A DNA stretch of 64,000 nt from Octopus bimaculoides (lineage: Eukaryota): positions 21,961,530 to 22,025,529 of the forward strand of contig NC_068984.1 in assembly GCF_001194135.2 (NCBI RefSeq), given 5' to 3'. Below, piece after piece: positions 41,128-54,710 of this stretch. The notes beneath the pieces are model-generated. The model saw nothing but the letters and a program-made list of their open reading frames with translations. It had not been told where the DNA came from and ran no database searches. Position 1 is the stretch's first letter, and every line of letters begins with the position of its first letter. Both the position numbers and the translations under genes were made by a program.

Positions 41128-41496
41128 GGAGAGAGAGAGAGAGAGAGGTGGAGAGACAGAGTGTAAGAAAAAAATATAGAAAAAAAAAAAAGAGAAAAAG
41201 AGCTAGATATAGAGAAAATGAATAGCGCCTCTACATATCTTACTTACTGTGGATGTATTGTAGGAACGCCACAAAAATGCAGTATTTGTCTTGAGAGAGA
41301 ATATCTTGCATACATGTTTAGTGCATAAAAGCACAGAAATATCTGTGTGGGTGTGTGCATATATGCATATAAAGAGATGTATTTGTAAGTATATATTTAT
41401 GTATACGCATATGTATTTGTGTATATGTATGAGTGTGTATATATATACATATGTATGTATGTGTATATACATATGTATGTATATATACACATATGC

Positions 41497-41546
<50 letters not shown>

Positions 41547-42067
41547 GTATCATGCACACTCACGCATATATATGCGTGTGTGTGTGTGTGTGTGTGTGTA
41601 TGTGAGTGGGCATGCATGCATATATATGCATCCTAAGTAAATTGTGCTACATCTAAAGGCATGCAAACATCCTCTAGACTATGAAGAATTTCAGTGCCCT
41701 CTGTTTGCAGATGTAGGAGGTATTTGTTATGGAATGTCTGCTAATCTGTTTTTACAAAGAGAAAATTCTAACTTTCGACTGTACGCAGGTTACATTGCTT
41801 CTATGTTGGTTTCGAAACGAAACGTCGTGTTGGTAATGACATAGTTTGGATAGATTGATGGTTACATATATGTTTGCTTTGAACAATTCTTTTATTTATT
41901 TTGAGTGGAAAATAAATTTCAAATTATGAATGCTGTGCTACAGTGAGATGTTCAACTCTTGTTTGCAGCTATATAAACTATATCCGAAATGTAACAACTT
42001 AGAAGAATAAGAAATATAATGGAATTATGGAAAAGTATTTAATAGGTAAGCTAAGAATTTTGATCTT

Positions 42068-42277
42068 TCCTACTCTAGGCACAAGGCCTGAAATTTTGTG
42101 GGAGGGGCCAGTCGATTAGATCGACCTAAGTACGCAATTGGTATTTAATTTTTGACGCCGAAAGGATGAAAAGCAAAGTTGACCTCAGTGGAATTGGGAC
42201 TCATAACGTAAAGACAGACGAAATGCCGCTAAGCACTTTGCCCGGCGTGCTAACTTTTCTGTCAGCACGCCGCCTTT
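42068..42277 (-). mobile_element. SINE family A
   Basis: CTACTCTAGGCACAAGGCCTGAAATTT..GAAAGGATGAAAAGCAAAGTTGACCTC..CCCGGCGTGCTAAC. Confidence 0.9.
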
Positions 42278-43186
42278 TTGATCTGCTATTAATGAAACAC
42301 ACATGTAAAGCTCAGTATACAGGCCTGATGAAATAGGCAGATATGTAGGATTGAACCTAATCATGAACAAAATCTAAATTATGAAAGTATGGGATGTGGA
42401 TAGCTGGAGTGTATTATTGAATAGATACGAACTAGAGACATGAGATTAAATATCGAGTCTAAATGTCTCACAGATGTAATAGACCGTGATGTTAATAAGA
42501 AACTAAATTGAGTGAAACATTTCAGAACTGAAATCAAGCAATGCTATTTCAAATGCTTTGGACTAAACTTGGACATTCATACAGGAATTAAACTGGGATA
42601 TGCTATAAACTCTGGCTTACAGTCACGGCATAGCAATCAAACAGGAAGCAATTGTCTTTGAGACTTTGAAAGAAAATAGGGTGCCAAACCTAGATATTTT
42701 GTGAAAGAAATGAAACACAATTAATGAAGAGTAGGCGGCATTGATTAAACCATGCTCTTCAGTCTCAGTCCAAAGACTGCCCAATTCTTCAAATGATGAA
42801 ATGAATGAACTAAGGTATCTGATGAAGAGGAAAATCTGTCTACTTAACTGAGAACAAAAGAGAAAGGGGGAAAAGATCACTGCAGGTCACAAATTGAAAC
42901 AGAAGCAGAGCATGGACAATGCTAGTGAGAATTCATAAACTCATTTACGTAAAATGGTTTTCGTAGCCCAAACGTCAGCAGTGTAATATATGTGTGTATA
43001 ATTGTGTATGTTTGTATGTGCGTGTGTGTTTGCACCATATATCATACAAGCATTCATTTATATTAGCATTTATGCAAGAAATAAACATATTTTGAACCCA
43101 GAGTCTTTAAATACACACAGAGGCGCACACGCTTATGCACATAAAAGCACATACACTACACATAAGTTTTCCTCCTCCTCCTCATC

Positions 43187-43236
<50 letters not shown>

Positions 43237-44120
43237 TTACATGTATTTGCTTCAGTGATCCTAAACATTTTTGAAGTGCCGAAACATTTATCGACGTTAA
43301 TATTCAGGGTTATTTGCATGAATATCTAAATATACATATTTAAGTCTGTTTATATCAATATTGTTTGATGAATTATGTTTTAAAAAATCACTTTTCCCAC
43401 CACAAATTCATTGATCATTCTTTTATCCTTTATGTGCAGTCTTACAAAGAGTCTTTCATCTGTGATCGTTATCTTTGAAATATATCCGTTATTCGTACAA
43501 TTACTTTCTTTCACATTTATGTTATTTTCTATTGCATTTTTGTCACCCATTTAATTTCGTTCTAGCAGTTAAGCAGCCTCATTTTCACAGTAAATCTACA
43601 TATTTATTACACATTCTAGGGGTTCCGTTGCCTTATTTATGTTTTATCGTAATTTTGATATATTTTTGTACTTATATGTATTCATTTAAATTGGTCTTCA
43701 AAATATTTTAACCTAGTTGTTTATCACGCTAATGTTAGACACCTTCTACGAATCTTTCCGCTGACTGTGGCTGATAATCGATGCTAACAAAGAATGCGAG
43801 AGCAATGTTTTCAAGTATTCATCGCTCGCATTCAAGATGGTTACGTCTGTCATTATTATCTTCATTCGAAGTTATTCATTTGTAATATTAGATGTATGTA
43901 TATGCATTCGCCATGAATAATTTTTGTGAGTATTATATTGCAAGCGCATGTCGGCGTCTCTATAGTTAACAATGCTTAAGTCTCACTGCATATCGTACTT
44001 ATATCTTTTGACATATATTGATAAATGATGGAGACAGACAGCTAGATATGGAGATAGAATGATAGATAACTAGATAGACGGATAGATAGATAAAACGATA
44101 GGCAGTTACGTAGACAAATA

Positions 44121-44184
<64 letters not shown>

Positions 44185-44613
44185 CAGATGCAGAGAGACA
44201 GATTTAGATAGATACATAGATTTATAGATAGGTAAAGTGATAGATACACAAGACAAATGCACAGATATTAGCAAATAGGCATGCACATGTGTGAATATGT
44301 ACATGGTGAAATGAATTGAATATTTATGTAAAGACAGAGACACTTACATACACACGAACACACACGCATATACATGCACATTATCGGTTCTAATATTTGC
44401 CACAAATATTTAACCCGCAGGCGACAGGAAGATATGTCTTTAACCATATGGAAGCGTATTTGTGTGTACATTTATAGAGGTCTCCCTGAGTAGCACGGGT
44501 GGCTATATTTTCGTGTACATATTATCATATGTAAGTACATACTGAGGCTCAATATGTATTATCAGCGTGTATCTGTTTATACATTTGTTGTTACTCATTT
44601 GCATGTATAACAC

Positions 44614-44663
<50 letters not shown>

Positions 44664-46120
44664 NNNNNNNNNNNNNNNNNNNNNNNNNNNNNNNNNNNNN
44701 NNNNNNNNNNNNNNNNNNNNNNNNNNNNNNNNNNNNNNNNNNNNNNNNNNNNNNNNNNNNNNNNNNNNNNNNNNNNNNNNNNNNNNNNNNNNNNNNNNNN
44801 NNNNNNNNNNNNNNNNNNNNNNNNNNNNNNNNNNNNNNNNNNNNNNNNNNNNNNNNNNNNNNNNNNNNNNNNNNNACATATACGTGTGTGTTGTGGTTTT
44901 TAGTGTCCAAATATATAGATGGGTGAAGTTTTATTGACGCCAATAAATTGGTTTTTAGAGTGAAAAGACCTTAAATGTTTTTCTACTGGACACTCCGACG
45001 GCGTTTAAGAAGCTAATACTCTCTATTAAACTTATCGAGTAATATCTCATTTTGGTTAGCATTTCATTCTACTTTAAGTTTCTGGACTGAATAAATCTTT
45101 TACATAGAAGCACTTTTACAAAGGGTTTCTTTTTCAATTAAACTGAAATTTGTGAAACAATATTAAAAAAAAAAATCGAGGAGATAATAGATCTGGACGG
45201 GAGCCAAAAGGATTAAAGAGTCAAATAACTTTCCTAAATGTAGAGAGTGCAAGAAATAGTAGTATATCTCATTCAAATAAAAATAAAAGTCGAGCAACAG
45301 GAAATGGTGGCAAACATGCATGGAGATAACTAGTAGTATTCATGCTTTCCAAACGAAGCATATTCAAATGAAGCAACAGTCTATTATTCCTCCCGAAAAA
45401 TGACACAAAGTGTCCAATGAACAACGCAATTGCTTTCAAAATTGATGAAGAATTGAAGCTAATGGGTCTGGGATACAATTCCAAGAAGGATTAATGGAAG
45501 TAAAAGAAATCAATCATCTCAACCAATTCTATAAATTCACATAGAAATAGACGTAGAATATTTCAGTGTTTATTATTTTTTAGTAATATAGATTTCTGAT
45601 GTGAACATAGGGCTTCACATGAAGGCAGAAGATAGAATCAGTTACATCAAGCCCAGTACTTGGCTGATATTTTATTTCATCAGTATATGGAAGGACAGAA
45701 GTAAAATTCTACAGGCTCCCTGGATATAGTTACTACATTACAGTATTCCTGTATTCAATTTTCTCGGAGAACATATTAGATTATGTTGGCCATACATTTA
45801 CCGGAGGAGAAAGAAGTATTTTGTGACGGTGCTTTAATCAAGATAAAGTCTCTTGCTATACATCGCTGGCTATATTTGTCAAGGCTAATAAGTGTCCTAT
45901 TATGACGTCAAAATGATTAAAAATAAAAATGTTAAGCGTTCATAAGAATAGAGCTAAGTGACTTACGCACAGGAAAACAAAACAGTGTGAATAATGTATT
46001 AAAACTGAATGTAAACTGAGTCATCAACGACTAAGAGTTCCTGTTTCACAACTGGTGATATTCATAATATATCTAAGAGTCTTGACAGTATAAATTAGGC
46101 TATTCCATCTCAGAACTTAC

Positions 46121-46159
46121 CTTCAATCATGACGAGTTTAAATAATAAATTAGTCAGGT
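46121..46159 (-). CDS. Candidate 39-nt exon (xLTNLLFKLVMIE, or start ATG-ATT-GAA-G)
   Basis: Acceptor TTCTCGCCCTTTTCATGCTGTTTTTAG, donor AAG|GTAAGT. Confidence 0.55.
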
Positions 46160-46390
46160 CTAAAAACAGCATGAAAAGGGCGAGAATATATTCTACGATA
46201 GCCCAGTTTATAAAATGTCAAATTTGTATGTCAATTATCATCTAGTGGTTAACCTCATAAACAAAATCGTGTGAGGAGTGCACATCTTTTATAAGAAATT
46301 TGGCTGCATAATGGCTTAAAACGTATATATATATCAGTGTGTTTCTCTATCTATCTATCTATCTATTGATATATATATTCATATAGACAG

Positions 46391-46427
<37 letters not shown>

Positions 46428-46721
46428 GATAGATAGATAGAAACCAGTAAAGGACCTCTTTATCATAAGTTCGTTCTCTATGTTAATGTGAAATATTGTC
46501 AAATTGCTAATAAAATTCAGGAAGTGCTGAAAGTCACTTTCAGAGCGAAGATCTGTACGTTTTAAATAGGTCGTTATTATTTTTTTTTATTTGTACTGAA
46601 AATTCATCAAATTTTGTGAGCAAACATAAAAATGACGAAAAAGAAAACGTAATAAATGACTAAAATCGTAAGTAATTACAATTAAAACTAATTTATAGAG
46701 GAAATATTTGCTAATACTTAC

Positions 46722-46810
46722 CAGAACGTAAGAAAACCGTAGAACGGTTTGATAATTAGTCACTTATTTGAAAGTCACAACTGATTAACTCGCTTGATTA
46801 TAAATGTATT
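46722..46810 (-). other. Candidate 89-nt non-coding exon (5'UTR or poison exon)
   Basis: Acceptor TCTTTATTTCTTTTACAG, donor CTG|GTAAGT. Stops in all three frames and no ATG. Confidence 0.45.
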
Positions 46811-47542
46811 CTGTAAAAGAAATAAAGACACTCAATGTATACAAAAGCATAATCAGTATAATGAATAGAACTAACATGTTATGACTCAAAAAGTTTCATT
46901 CATGAAAGAATCATAGCAACATTCTTGAATATTATTAGAAATATAAATGAAATAAAATTCTCAGAAATGTGTGATGTAATAGCTAGAAAGGAACTTACAC
47001 GATTAATTCATGCGATGCACACAGAACAGTGAGAAACCAAATAATAACGTATCTACTAATGCTTTATAAATACTGGTAAATTTGGAGGTGAATGTCTGAT
47101 CATGTTCACCAGAGCAAAGGGATTTGTGATGTTTGGAGTTTTTCGACTTTGTTGTGCATTTCGCCAGTCGAAGCTACTCCACAGCCAGATCGATTAATGT
47201 GACAAAGTACGAGCTCCTGTGCTTAGAGGTCGAAACACCAATTGTCATGCAGTTCCTTTTGTCAGAGGAAAAACAACAGTGATTAGACGTTCAAGTTTGA
47301 ATCTGTTGGAACTAATTAAGGATGAATAGTTACATTGTAAATTACGATGGCTTTGCGTCAATTCAACCTCGTTACTGCATTAACGCTCACGTTTGTGTAG
47401 TTCACGGATATGAACCGGGGTTGTGATGAATGTGATGAGTAGTTAGTGGAACACCTCTCGTTGAATAACTACTACTTCCGAGGTTCTGGTATCTAGGAAA
47501 CAGGTAGCTTGGATTTTTACCTGCTCCATTTCATCAACTTGA

Positions 47543-47605
<63 letters not shown>

Positions 47606-48119
47606 NNNNNNNNNNNNNNNNNNNNNNNNNNNNNNNNNNNNNNNNNNNNNNNNNNNNNNNNNNNNNNNNNNNNNNNNNNNNNNNNNNNNNNNNNNNNNNN
47701 NNNNNNNNNNNNNNNNNNNNNNNNNNNNNNNNNNNNNNNNNNNNNNNNNNNNNNNNNNNNNNNNNNNNNNNNNNNNNNNNNNNNNNNNNNNNNNNNNNNN
47801 NNNNNNNNNNNNNNNNNNNNNNNNNNNNNNNNNNNNNNNNNNNNNNNNNNNNNNNNNNNNNNNNNNNNNNNNNNNNNNNNNNNNNNNNNNNNNNNNNNNN
47901 NNNNNNNNATATATATATATATATATATATAATTTAGAGAACCACCAATATACAATTCAAACAATGAAGGACACCATCAAGAAAAACGTACTCTACAAAA
48001 TACTAATTTAAAAATCTATAAAAACTAAAGGAAAAGTATAAAATCCATAAAATCTATAAAATACCAGACTAAAAATTTAATTCAATTTAGTAAATTGATA
48101 AACTACAAGGTAAAGTGTT

Positions 48120-48222
48120 GACTACGCGCGTTTCGTGGCCACATTATAGCAGAAAAAACCCAGTTCAATTCAGAATAAATTGTAGATTATATTCTACTCA
48201 AAATACAGTCACTCATCAGGTC
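48120..48222 (-). ncRNA. Minimal type I hammerhead ribozyme (PLE/retrozyme-type)
   Basis: The minus strand reads GAC-CUGAUGA-GUG-(72 nt)-CAC-GAAA-C-GCGC-GUA^GUC. All core nucleotides are present, with 3-bp stems I and II and a palindromic stem III (ACGCGCGU). Confidence 0.8.
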
Positions 48223-48384
48223 TTTGGAAAAAATAAGAATTCAAATAACGTATCTTACTAAGTAAATAATAAAAATATCAGTACATGTAGGGAAGCTCTC
48301 GATAGTGTTATTAAATAAATAAATTCGAACGTTAAACAATATAAGTAAAATAAACGGCATTACTTATCTTATCGACGATCTCTT

Positions 48385-48580
48385 GTTCACAAATTTTGGG
48401 GGAAGGGGCCAGTCGATTAGATTGATCTCAGTACGCAACTGGTACTTACTTTATCGAACCCTAAAGGATGAAAGACAAAGTCGACCTCGGTGGAATTTCA
48501 ACTCAAAACGTAAAGACAGACTGAATACCGCTAAGCATTTCGCCCAACGTGCTAACGTTTCTGCCAGCTCGTCGCCTTAA
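48385..48580 (-). mobile_element. SINE family A
   Basis: GGGGCCAGTCGATTAGAT..AAAGGATGAAAGACAAAGTCGACCTCGG..CGTGCTAACGTTTCTGCCAGCTCGTCGCCTT. Confidence 0.9.
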
Positions 48581-48848
48581 ACACGTAACATTTCTACTAG
48601 AGATTGATTATGTTAATAATAGAGTATTTAATAAATTTAAATATTTAATGATAATTTTGTTTTATACATGCTGCTTTATTATATCGTTTATAGACTCTGA
48701 AGGGGGCTGGTACGTATTCTATTTTCTGTAATTTTAAAGAAATATTTGCATGTTTAATGAATGCACATCTAACGGATATTTATAACGATAACTAAATTGT
48801 ACTACGTGATAGAGAAAACTAGTAAAGTTGCGAATTATTTATATCAAC

Positions 48849-49014
48849 GGGAGTGGCTGTGTGGTAAGTAGCTTGCTTACCAACTACATGGTTCCGGGTT
48901 TAGTCCCACTGCGTGGAACCTTGCGCAAGTGTCTTCCACTATAGCCTCGGGCCGACCAAAGCCTTGTGAGTGGATTTGGTAGCCGGAAACTGAAAGAAGC
49001 CCATCGTATATACG

Positions 49015-49093
<79 letters not shown>

Positions 49094-49300
49094 GTGTGTT
49101 TGTGTGTCTTTGTGACCCCACCATAGCTTGACAACTGATGCTGCTGTGCTTACATCCCCGTAACTTACCGGTTCGGCAAAAGAGACCGATAGAATAAGTA
49201 CTAGGATTACAAAGAATAGGTCCTGGGGTCGATTTGCTCGACTAAAGGCGGTGCTCCAGCATGGCCGCAGTCAAATGACTGAAACAAGTAAAAGAGTAAA
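48849..49300 (+). mobile_element. SINE family B, near full length, with an internal (TA)n
   Basis: tRNA-like head GTGGCTGTGTGGTAAG..GGTTCCGGGTTTAGTCCCACTGCGTGG. Body GCCTTGTGAGTGGATTTGGTAG.CGGAAACTGAAAGAAGCCC. Tail GGCGGTGCTCCAGCATGGCCGCAGTCAAATGACTGAAACAAGTAAAAGAG. Confidence 0.93.
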
Positions 49301-50502
49301 CGTGAAGCCAATGAGAAATGAATAAGCAGGTGTTTACTTCACTGAACACGATATGAATGTGACAACGGTAACAGAGTAGTGTCTATACCTGGCAGGTATA
49401 ACTGAGAAACAACAAAAAACCTCTAATCTCCTATAGAAAATTATACAAGTTTTAGATATGACTTGTATTTCGCGCACTTATATTTAATCAAATCGGCAAT
49501 TTTCTCTGAAGTAAACATGCATCTGCCATTAATTAATTTTCATTTCAGCGTCACTCAATGTGCGTATATGTGTGTGTATGTGAATAACTTTAAGGGTTAA
49601 TTTACGGTGTGATTAGAATCGCCCGAGGTTTCAGAAGCTAAACACTCGTATAACGTGTTTGAACATTGTTTAATTTTCAAAGTGTTGATTTTTGCTTAAA
49701 TGGTTTGCTTGGAAACAATAATTTTACTGAATTAGTTAAGATTAGTTTCAATTATAAATTTATAAATCACGAAAGGATAAAAAGACCTAACGTCTATAAA
49801 ATTTAATAATATAATTATGAACTTAATAAATCGGTCCAGCATCGACATAATTAATTACCAACATCAAAATAATGGCGTTGATGAAGATGCTTCTCATCCT
49901 CATCATCATCACATCGACCAAATCATTAAGAACACATCCAAAATTAATAACATCAACACTTTATCACCACCACACCAACAAATCCACCACCACTTAAATA
50001 TTTGACAATGTCACCATAAACTATAGAAATATTATCAATTTATACTGTCATCATTAATACAATTGTGACTAGAAGCATCATCACAAAACTACAAGATCAT
50101 TAACTTTGAATAAACGACATGACCGATAACTCTCCCATAAATACACATGACCACTAATATTGTTTTAAATAATATAAACAATAACAATACCATAATGACT
50201 CCTATCAATAATAACACACTATAACTACCAAGGATATCATAAAGCCCATTACATCCTGCATTACCATTTTAAAGTGAATTAATCATGCAACATTAAACAC
50301 TAAAGTTAGAGTCAGAAATGCAACTAACCAATTTATCATGTAACCATAAATATCACTATTAGCACCAGGTAACCAACAAACCAACATTATCGTTAGTACT
50401 GCTCCACAAAACTACATTCTGCTTAAATTATGTTGCCAACAGTGAAATAAACAATTCCTATAAAACAATATGAGATATTACCATATTCAAAGAAATAATA
50501 AC

Positions 50503-50530
<28 letters not shown>

Positions 50531-50534
<4 letters not shown>

Positions 50535-52390
50535 CATAAGACGTTCTATGAATAAATGACAGACAGTGCTACAGCTCCAAACAAAAGAGGGGCTCGTGAA
50601 AACCAAAGTTATCCCCATTAGAAGAGGAATATTCCAGGGAGACACGCTATCTTCACTCCTGTTCTGCTTGACACTGACACCTTTATCTGACTTGCTAAAT
50701 GGAACTGGATGCGGATACAAATGTTACGGCAAAACAATAAGCCACCTTTTATATAGGGATGACATAAAACTATACGCAACAAATGATAAACAGCTAGAAA
50801 CACTACTACAGACAGTACATGGATTTACCAAAGAAATAAATATGAAATTTGGATTAGAAAAATGTGGCAAAACAACCCTGAAAAGAGGAAAACTAGTTTA
50901 GAGTAGCAACATCACACTAGATAAAGCCAATGAAATAAGAGAATTAAAGCAAAGCCAGGCATACAAAAACTTAGGAATCAATGAACTAGATAGGATACAA
51001 CACACACAAATGAAAGAGAACATAAAGAAAGAATACTACAGACGAGTTAGATCAAAACTGAAAACAGAGCTCAATGCTAAAAGCAAGATAATAGGTATTA
51101 ACACTTTAGCCGTCCCAGTTATAAGTTACAGCTACAATATCCTTAACTGGACACTAAATGAACTAACGAAAATAGACAGGAAAGCAAGAAAAACAGTGAC
51201 AGGATCTAGGATGCATCACCCAAAATCTGACATAGAAAGGCTATATATACAACGTACAGACGGTGGTGGAGGCCTTATAAAGCTGGAAGACTATTATAAA
51301 ATAACCACCATGCAAAAATACCTACTTCAGAAGCAAGGAAAACTAATACAAATAGCCACAAAACACGAGCAAAACAAAAAATTGTTTTCAGTATTTAAAG
51401 AAGCTGACAAATACAAACAAGAAATCATACTACCTAACAAATATGAAGAAGAAGAAAAAACAACAAAAGCTATAAACCAAATGAAATCCAAACTAAAACT
51501 GGAACAGCAACGGACCATGATAAAACGATAGCAAGAAAATCCCCTTCATGGCAAATACTGGGCTAAATTAAATGCAAAACAAATAGACAGAGAAAAATCC
51601 CAGCAATGGTTGAGAAGCTCAAGACTCAAAGCAGAGATTGAAGAATTTTTAATTGCTGCACAAGACCAAAGCCACCCCACCAGAAATTACCAAAAACATA
51701 TAATGAAAAGAAACATAACAAGTAACTGCAGAATATGCAGCAATGGACAAGAAAGGATAAATCATATTATCTCTGGTGGCCCAGTCCTGGCTAAGAAGGA
51801 ATATATTCACAGACACGACAGAGCTGGGACCTACATACACTGGAAGCTATGCCAACACTATGGAATAACAACAGAAAGAAGATGGTATAGGCACAGGCCA
51901 GAAAAGGTCACAGAAAACGAGAAAGCAACCATACTCTGGGATATGCCAGTACCCACAAAAAGAGAAATTAAGGCCAATAGGCCAGATATAGTTGTCAGAG
52001 ATCATGAAGAAAAAACTACTTTCTAATTGATGTATCAATACCAGCAGAGTTAACGTTTCCCTAAAAGTAATGGAGAAACTTTCAAAATACAAAGACCTGC
52101 AAATAGAGGTAACTCGAATGTGGAATCTAAAAACAGAAACAATTCCTATCATAGAAGGGCCTTAGGTATGATAAAAAAATATAAAGACAAATACATAACA
52201 AAAACACCAGGATTTGCAAATATATATAACATACAGAAAATTGCACTACTGGGCAAGACACACATCCTACGCAAAACACTTTCAATACATTAACCATAAG
52301 AGCATCACAGCAAACCACAGCACATACCCAAGGCACACAGAGCTGCGCTTGGTAGTGAAGTGAAAGCATGCTATAAAAATAAAATTACTG

Positions 52391-52392
<2 letters not shown>
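50531..52392 (+). mobile_element. 5'-truncated non-LTR retrotransposon with a restriction-like endonuclease (R4/Dong-like clade), inactivated
   Basis: RT motifs RRGIFQGDTLSSLLFCL, HLLYRDDIKLY and MKFGLEKC. Zn-knuckle remnant CRIC..HIISGG. RLE motifs ILWDMPV..NRPDIVV..LIDVSIP and C-terminal IQKIALLG.THILRKTL. Stops at about 50899 and 51529 plus frameshifts. (AAT)n lies on both flanks. Confidence 0.93.
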
Positions 52393-52442
<50 letters not shown>

Positions 52443-52474
52443 GCAATAATAATAATAATAACAATGATAATAGT

Positions 52475-52873
52475 GACAAGATGCTAAAGCTCGCTGAAAA
52501 CCATGAAGATATAAGAAACTTAATTCTGTTATGAAGGAGCATGATGGAAGTGCGGCGACTGCAAGTGCAAAGAAGGTGAACTCACTAGCAAAGCAACTGA
52601 AAAGTGTAAAGGTTGTGTCTATAATAATCGGTGTATTGAGAACTGTAAGCAAAGATATGAAAAAAATGGTTGAAGGAGATTGGAGTAGAATATCCTGTAG
52701 AGCTTCTACAGAAAGTTTGACTCTTAGAGGCAAGGAAAATTATCAGGAAGGTTCTAAGCACTAGAAAGATTATTGGAAACTTGTAGATGCCTAAATTTAC
52801 TGCTAGTAACCTGCTACCCTCATAAATCCTGCCAGAAATAAGACCGAGCCTGAGTCAAATAAATAATAATAAT
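52475..52873 (+). mobile_element. Older, diverged 3'-terminal fragment of a related RLE (R4/Dong-like) element
   Basis: KVVSIIIGVLRTVSKDMKK/WLKEIGVEYPVELLQKV*LLEARKIIRKVLS aligns by eye with the C-terminus of the element just upstream. It ends in AAATAAATAATAATAAT. Confidence 0.75.
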
Positions 52874-53351
52874 ATCAGTATCTCCTGCATGAATACTACA
52901 ATATAATCACCATACAAACAATACAGCAGAGAAGGAGCCTCAATATCGCTGCTGTCAAATTTTTCTGAAATCGTAAACTACCATCTTAAAGAAAGACAGA
53001 CATATTAGAAAGTACGGTGTTAAATAAACAGTGTACGAATAAAAGAAGAAAGAGGAACGGTCAGAACACCTTTGATCATACGTGCGCTTTATCAGAATTG
53101 ACATGGGACTAAACAATAAGAAAATGACCAGTCAGTTCTATAAGTGTTTATGTCAAAATTATTTTAACCACAGACTATTCATGTGACTTCGGAGTAATTT
53201 AATATTTAGGTAAATATAAGTGTATCAATTCCAATAAAACAAACCGTCGCGAAGATTGAACGAATCAAGACTTTCTGTATTCCATGCTCTGCGAAATCTA
53301 AAGTGTTTTTTTTTTTTGTTTATTTATCATATATACATACATATATATATA

Positions 53352-53582
53352 CAGAGTTGGCCAAAAGTCACCCGACAGTAAATCAGAATTCCATAAATAA
53401 TGTCTGTAATTCTGTATTGACTCGAATGGAAAAATGTGTCGCTCAAGAAGGACTTCAGTTTGAACAAGTTTCGTAAGGTTTCATATTTAGATGCTTTTAT
53501 TAAATTCATTCAGTTGTTAAACAAATAAATCTTGGAATTAAATGGTTTTGATTTACTGTAAGATGACTTTTGGCCAACCCTG
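53352..53582 (+). mobile_element. Tc1/mariner-superfamily MITE (internal deletion derivative)
   Basis: About 34-bp TIRs CAGAGTTGGCCAAAAGTCA.. / ..TGACTTTTGGCCAACCCTG with a TA TSD. The interior encodes INNVCNSVLTRMEKCVAQEGLQFEQ, which resembles a transposase C-terminus. Confidence 0.88.
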
Positions 53583-53591
53583 TATATGCAC

Positions 53592-53644
<53 letters not shown>

Positions 53645-54499
53645 ACATAAAGTTAAATCATAATTACAATCAAATTCAATTTTGCAATCATATTATCCCT
53701 ATTAATTACTAAGTTGATGATTATCAAATCGTTTCTTGTTGAGGAAACATAATCAACGAATTTCTAGTTGTGATCATCCCAGCATGTTGTATAGAAAGGC
53801 ACTACGTTGTCCATTGTGTCCCTCCTTTTATAGTCAGTGTAACTGAATGAGATTTTTAAAGAGACTGAGTGTGATATGAAGGAGATTTTAGCGTGACAAA
53901 CGTTCATGTAGAGCACACTCGTTGGCAGATGTTGTATCGCATGTAATTGAAATGTAGAAACAAGACGAAATTTATAATAATTTTTGCTAGTTATAACATG
54001 GTTCGTGATTTATTCAAACTGTTATGATTTGGTATTGGTTTTAATTGTAATTGGATGAAATTAGAATCATTAATTAAAACCAATTAGTTACTAACTTTTC
54101 CTAAAACAGGTTGAAATTTTTGGGACAACTTGTAAATCGAAATACATTTTGTAATGCAGATATAAATCTTCTAATGTACTTGTCTTGGGGTTCAGTTTAG
54201 AGGTTAGTGGTACTATATAATTTTGCCTTTAAAACAGTTTCAAAAGATGCCAGAATATAGAGAAATAAATAATAGCAATCGATACAAAATAGGTCTTCAG
54301 TGGATAGCAATATTTATTGTCAATGAATTAACAATTAGCATGAATCAGCTCTAGAAACAAGATACTGCATTGCTTGAAAAGGAAAAAAAATGTGTTGATT
54401 CTGAATACACTCATTACATTCAGTTAAATTATGAACATGAGAATGGAATAGAACATACTGCGTGTAAAAAACATATTGGCATATGTGTCATTCAGAAGT

Positions 54500-54710
54500 A
54501 GGTTGGCAGAATTGTTAGAGCGTCAAAGAAAATTCAGTATTTCTTCAGGCACTTCATATTTTGTATTCAAATTCTGCTAAGGTAAACTTTGCTTTTATCT
54601 CTCTTAGGCCGATATAATAAAGTACCATTACAGTTGGGGGTATAGATGATGTCGACTATTTTCTCTCCTCTCCAAATTGCTAACTTTTTGCCTAAATCTG
54701 AAATCATACA
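54500..54710 (+). mobile_element. Decayed SINE family A
   Basis: TTGGCAGAATTGTTAGAGCGTC..TTCAAATTCTGCTAAGGTAAACTTTGCTTTTATC..GATATAATAAAGTACC. Confidence 0.6.

Noticed and set aside
48849-48920. tRNA gene
   Set aside because: It is the tRNA-derived head of a SINE (A/B-box-like motifs) continuing into the SINE body. No cloverleaf could be completed.
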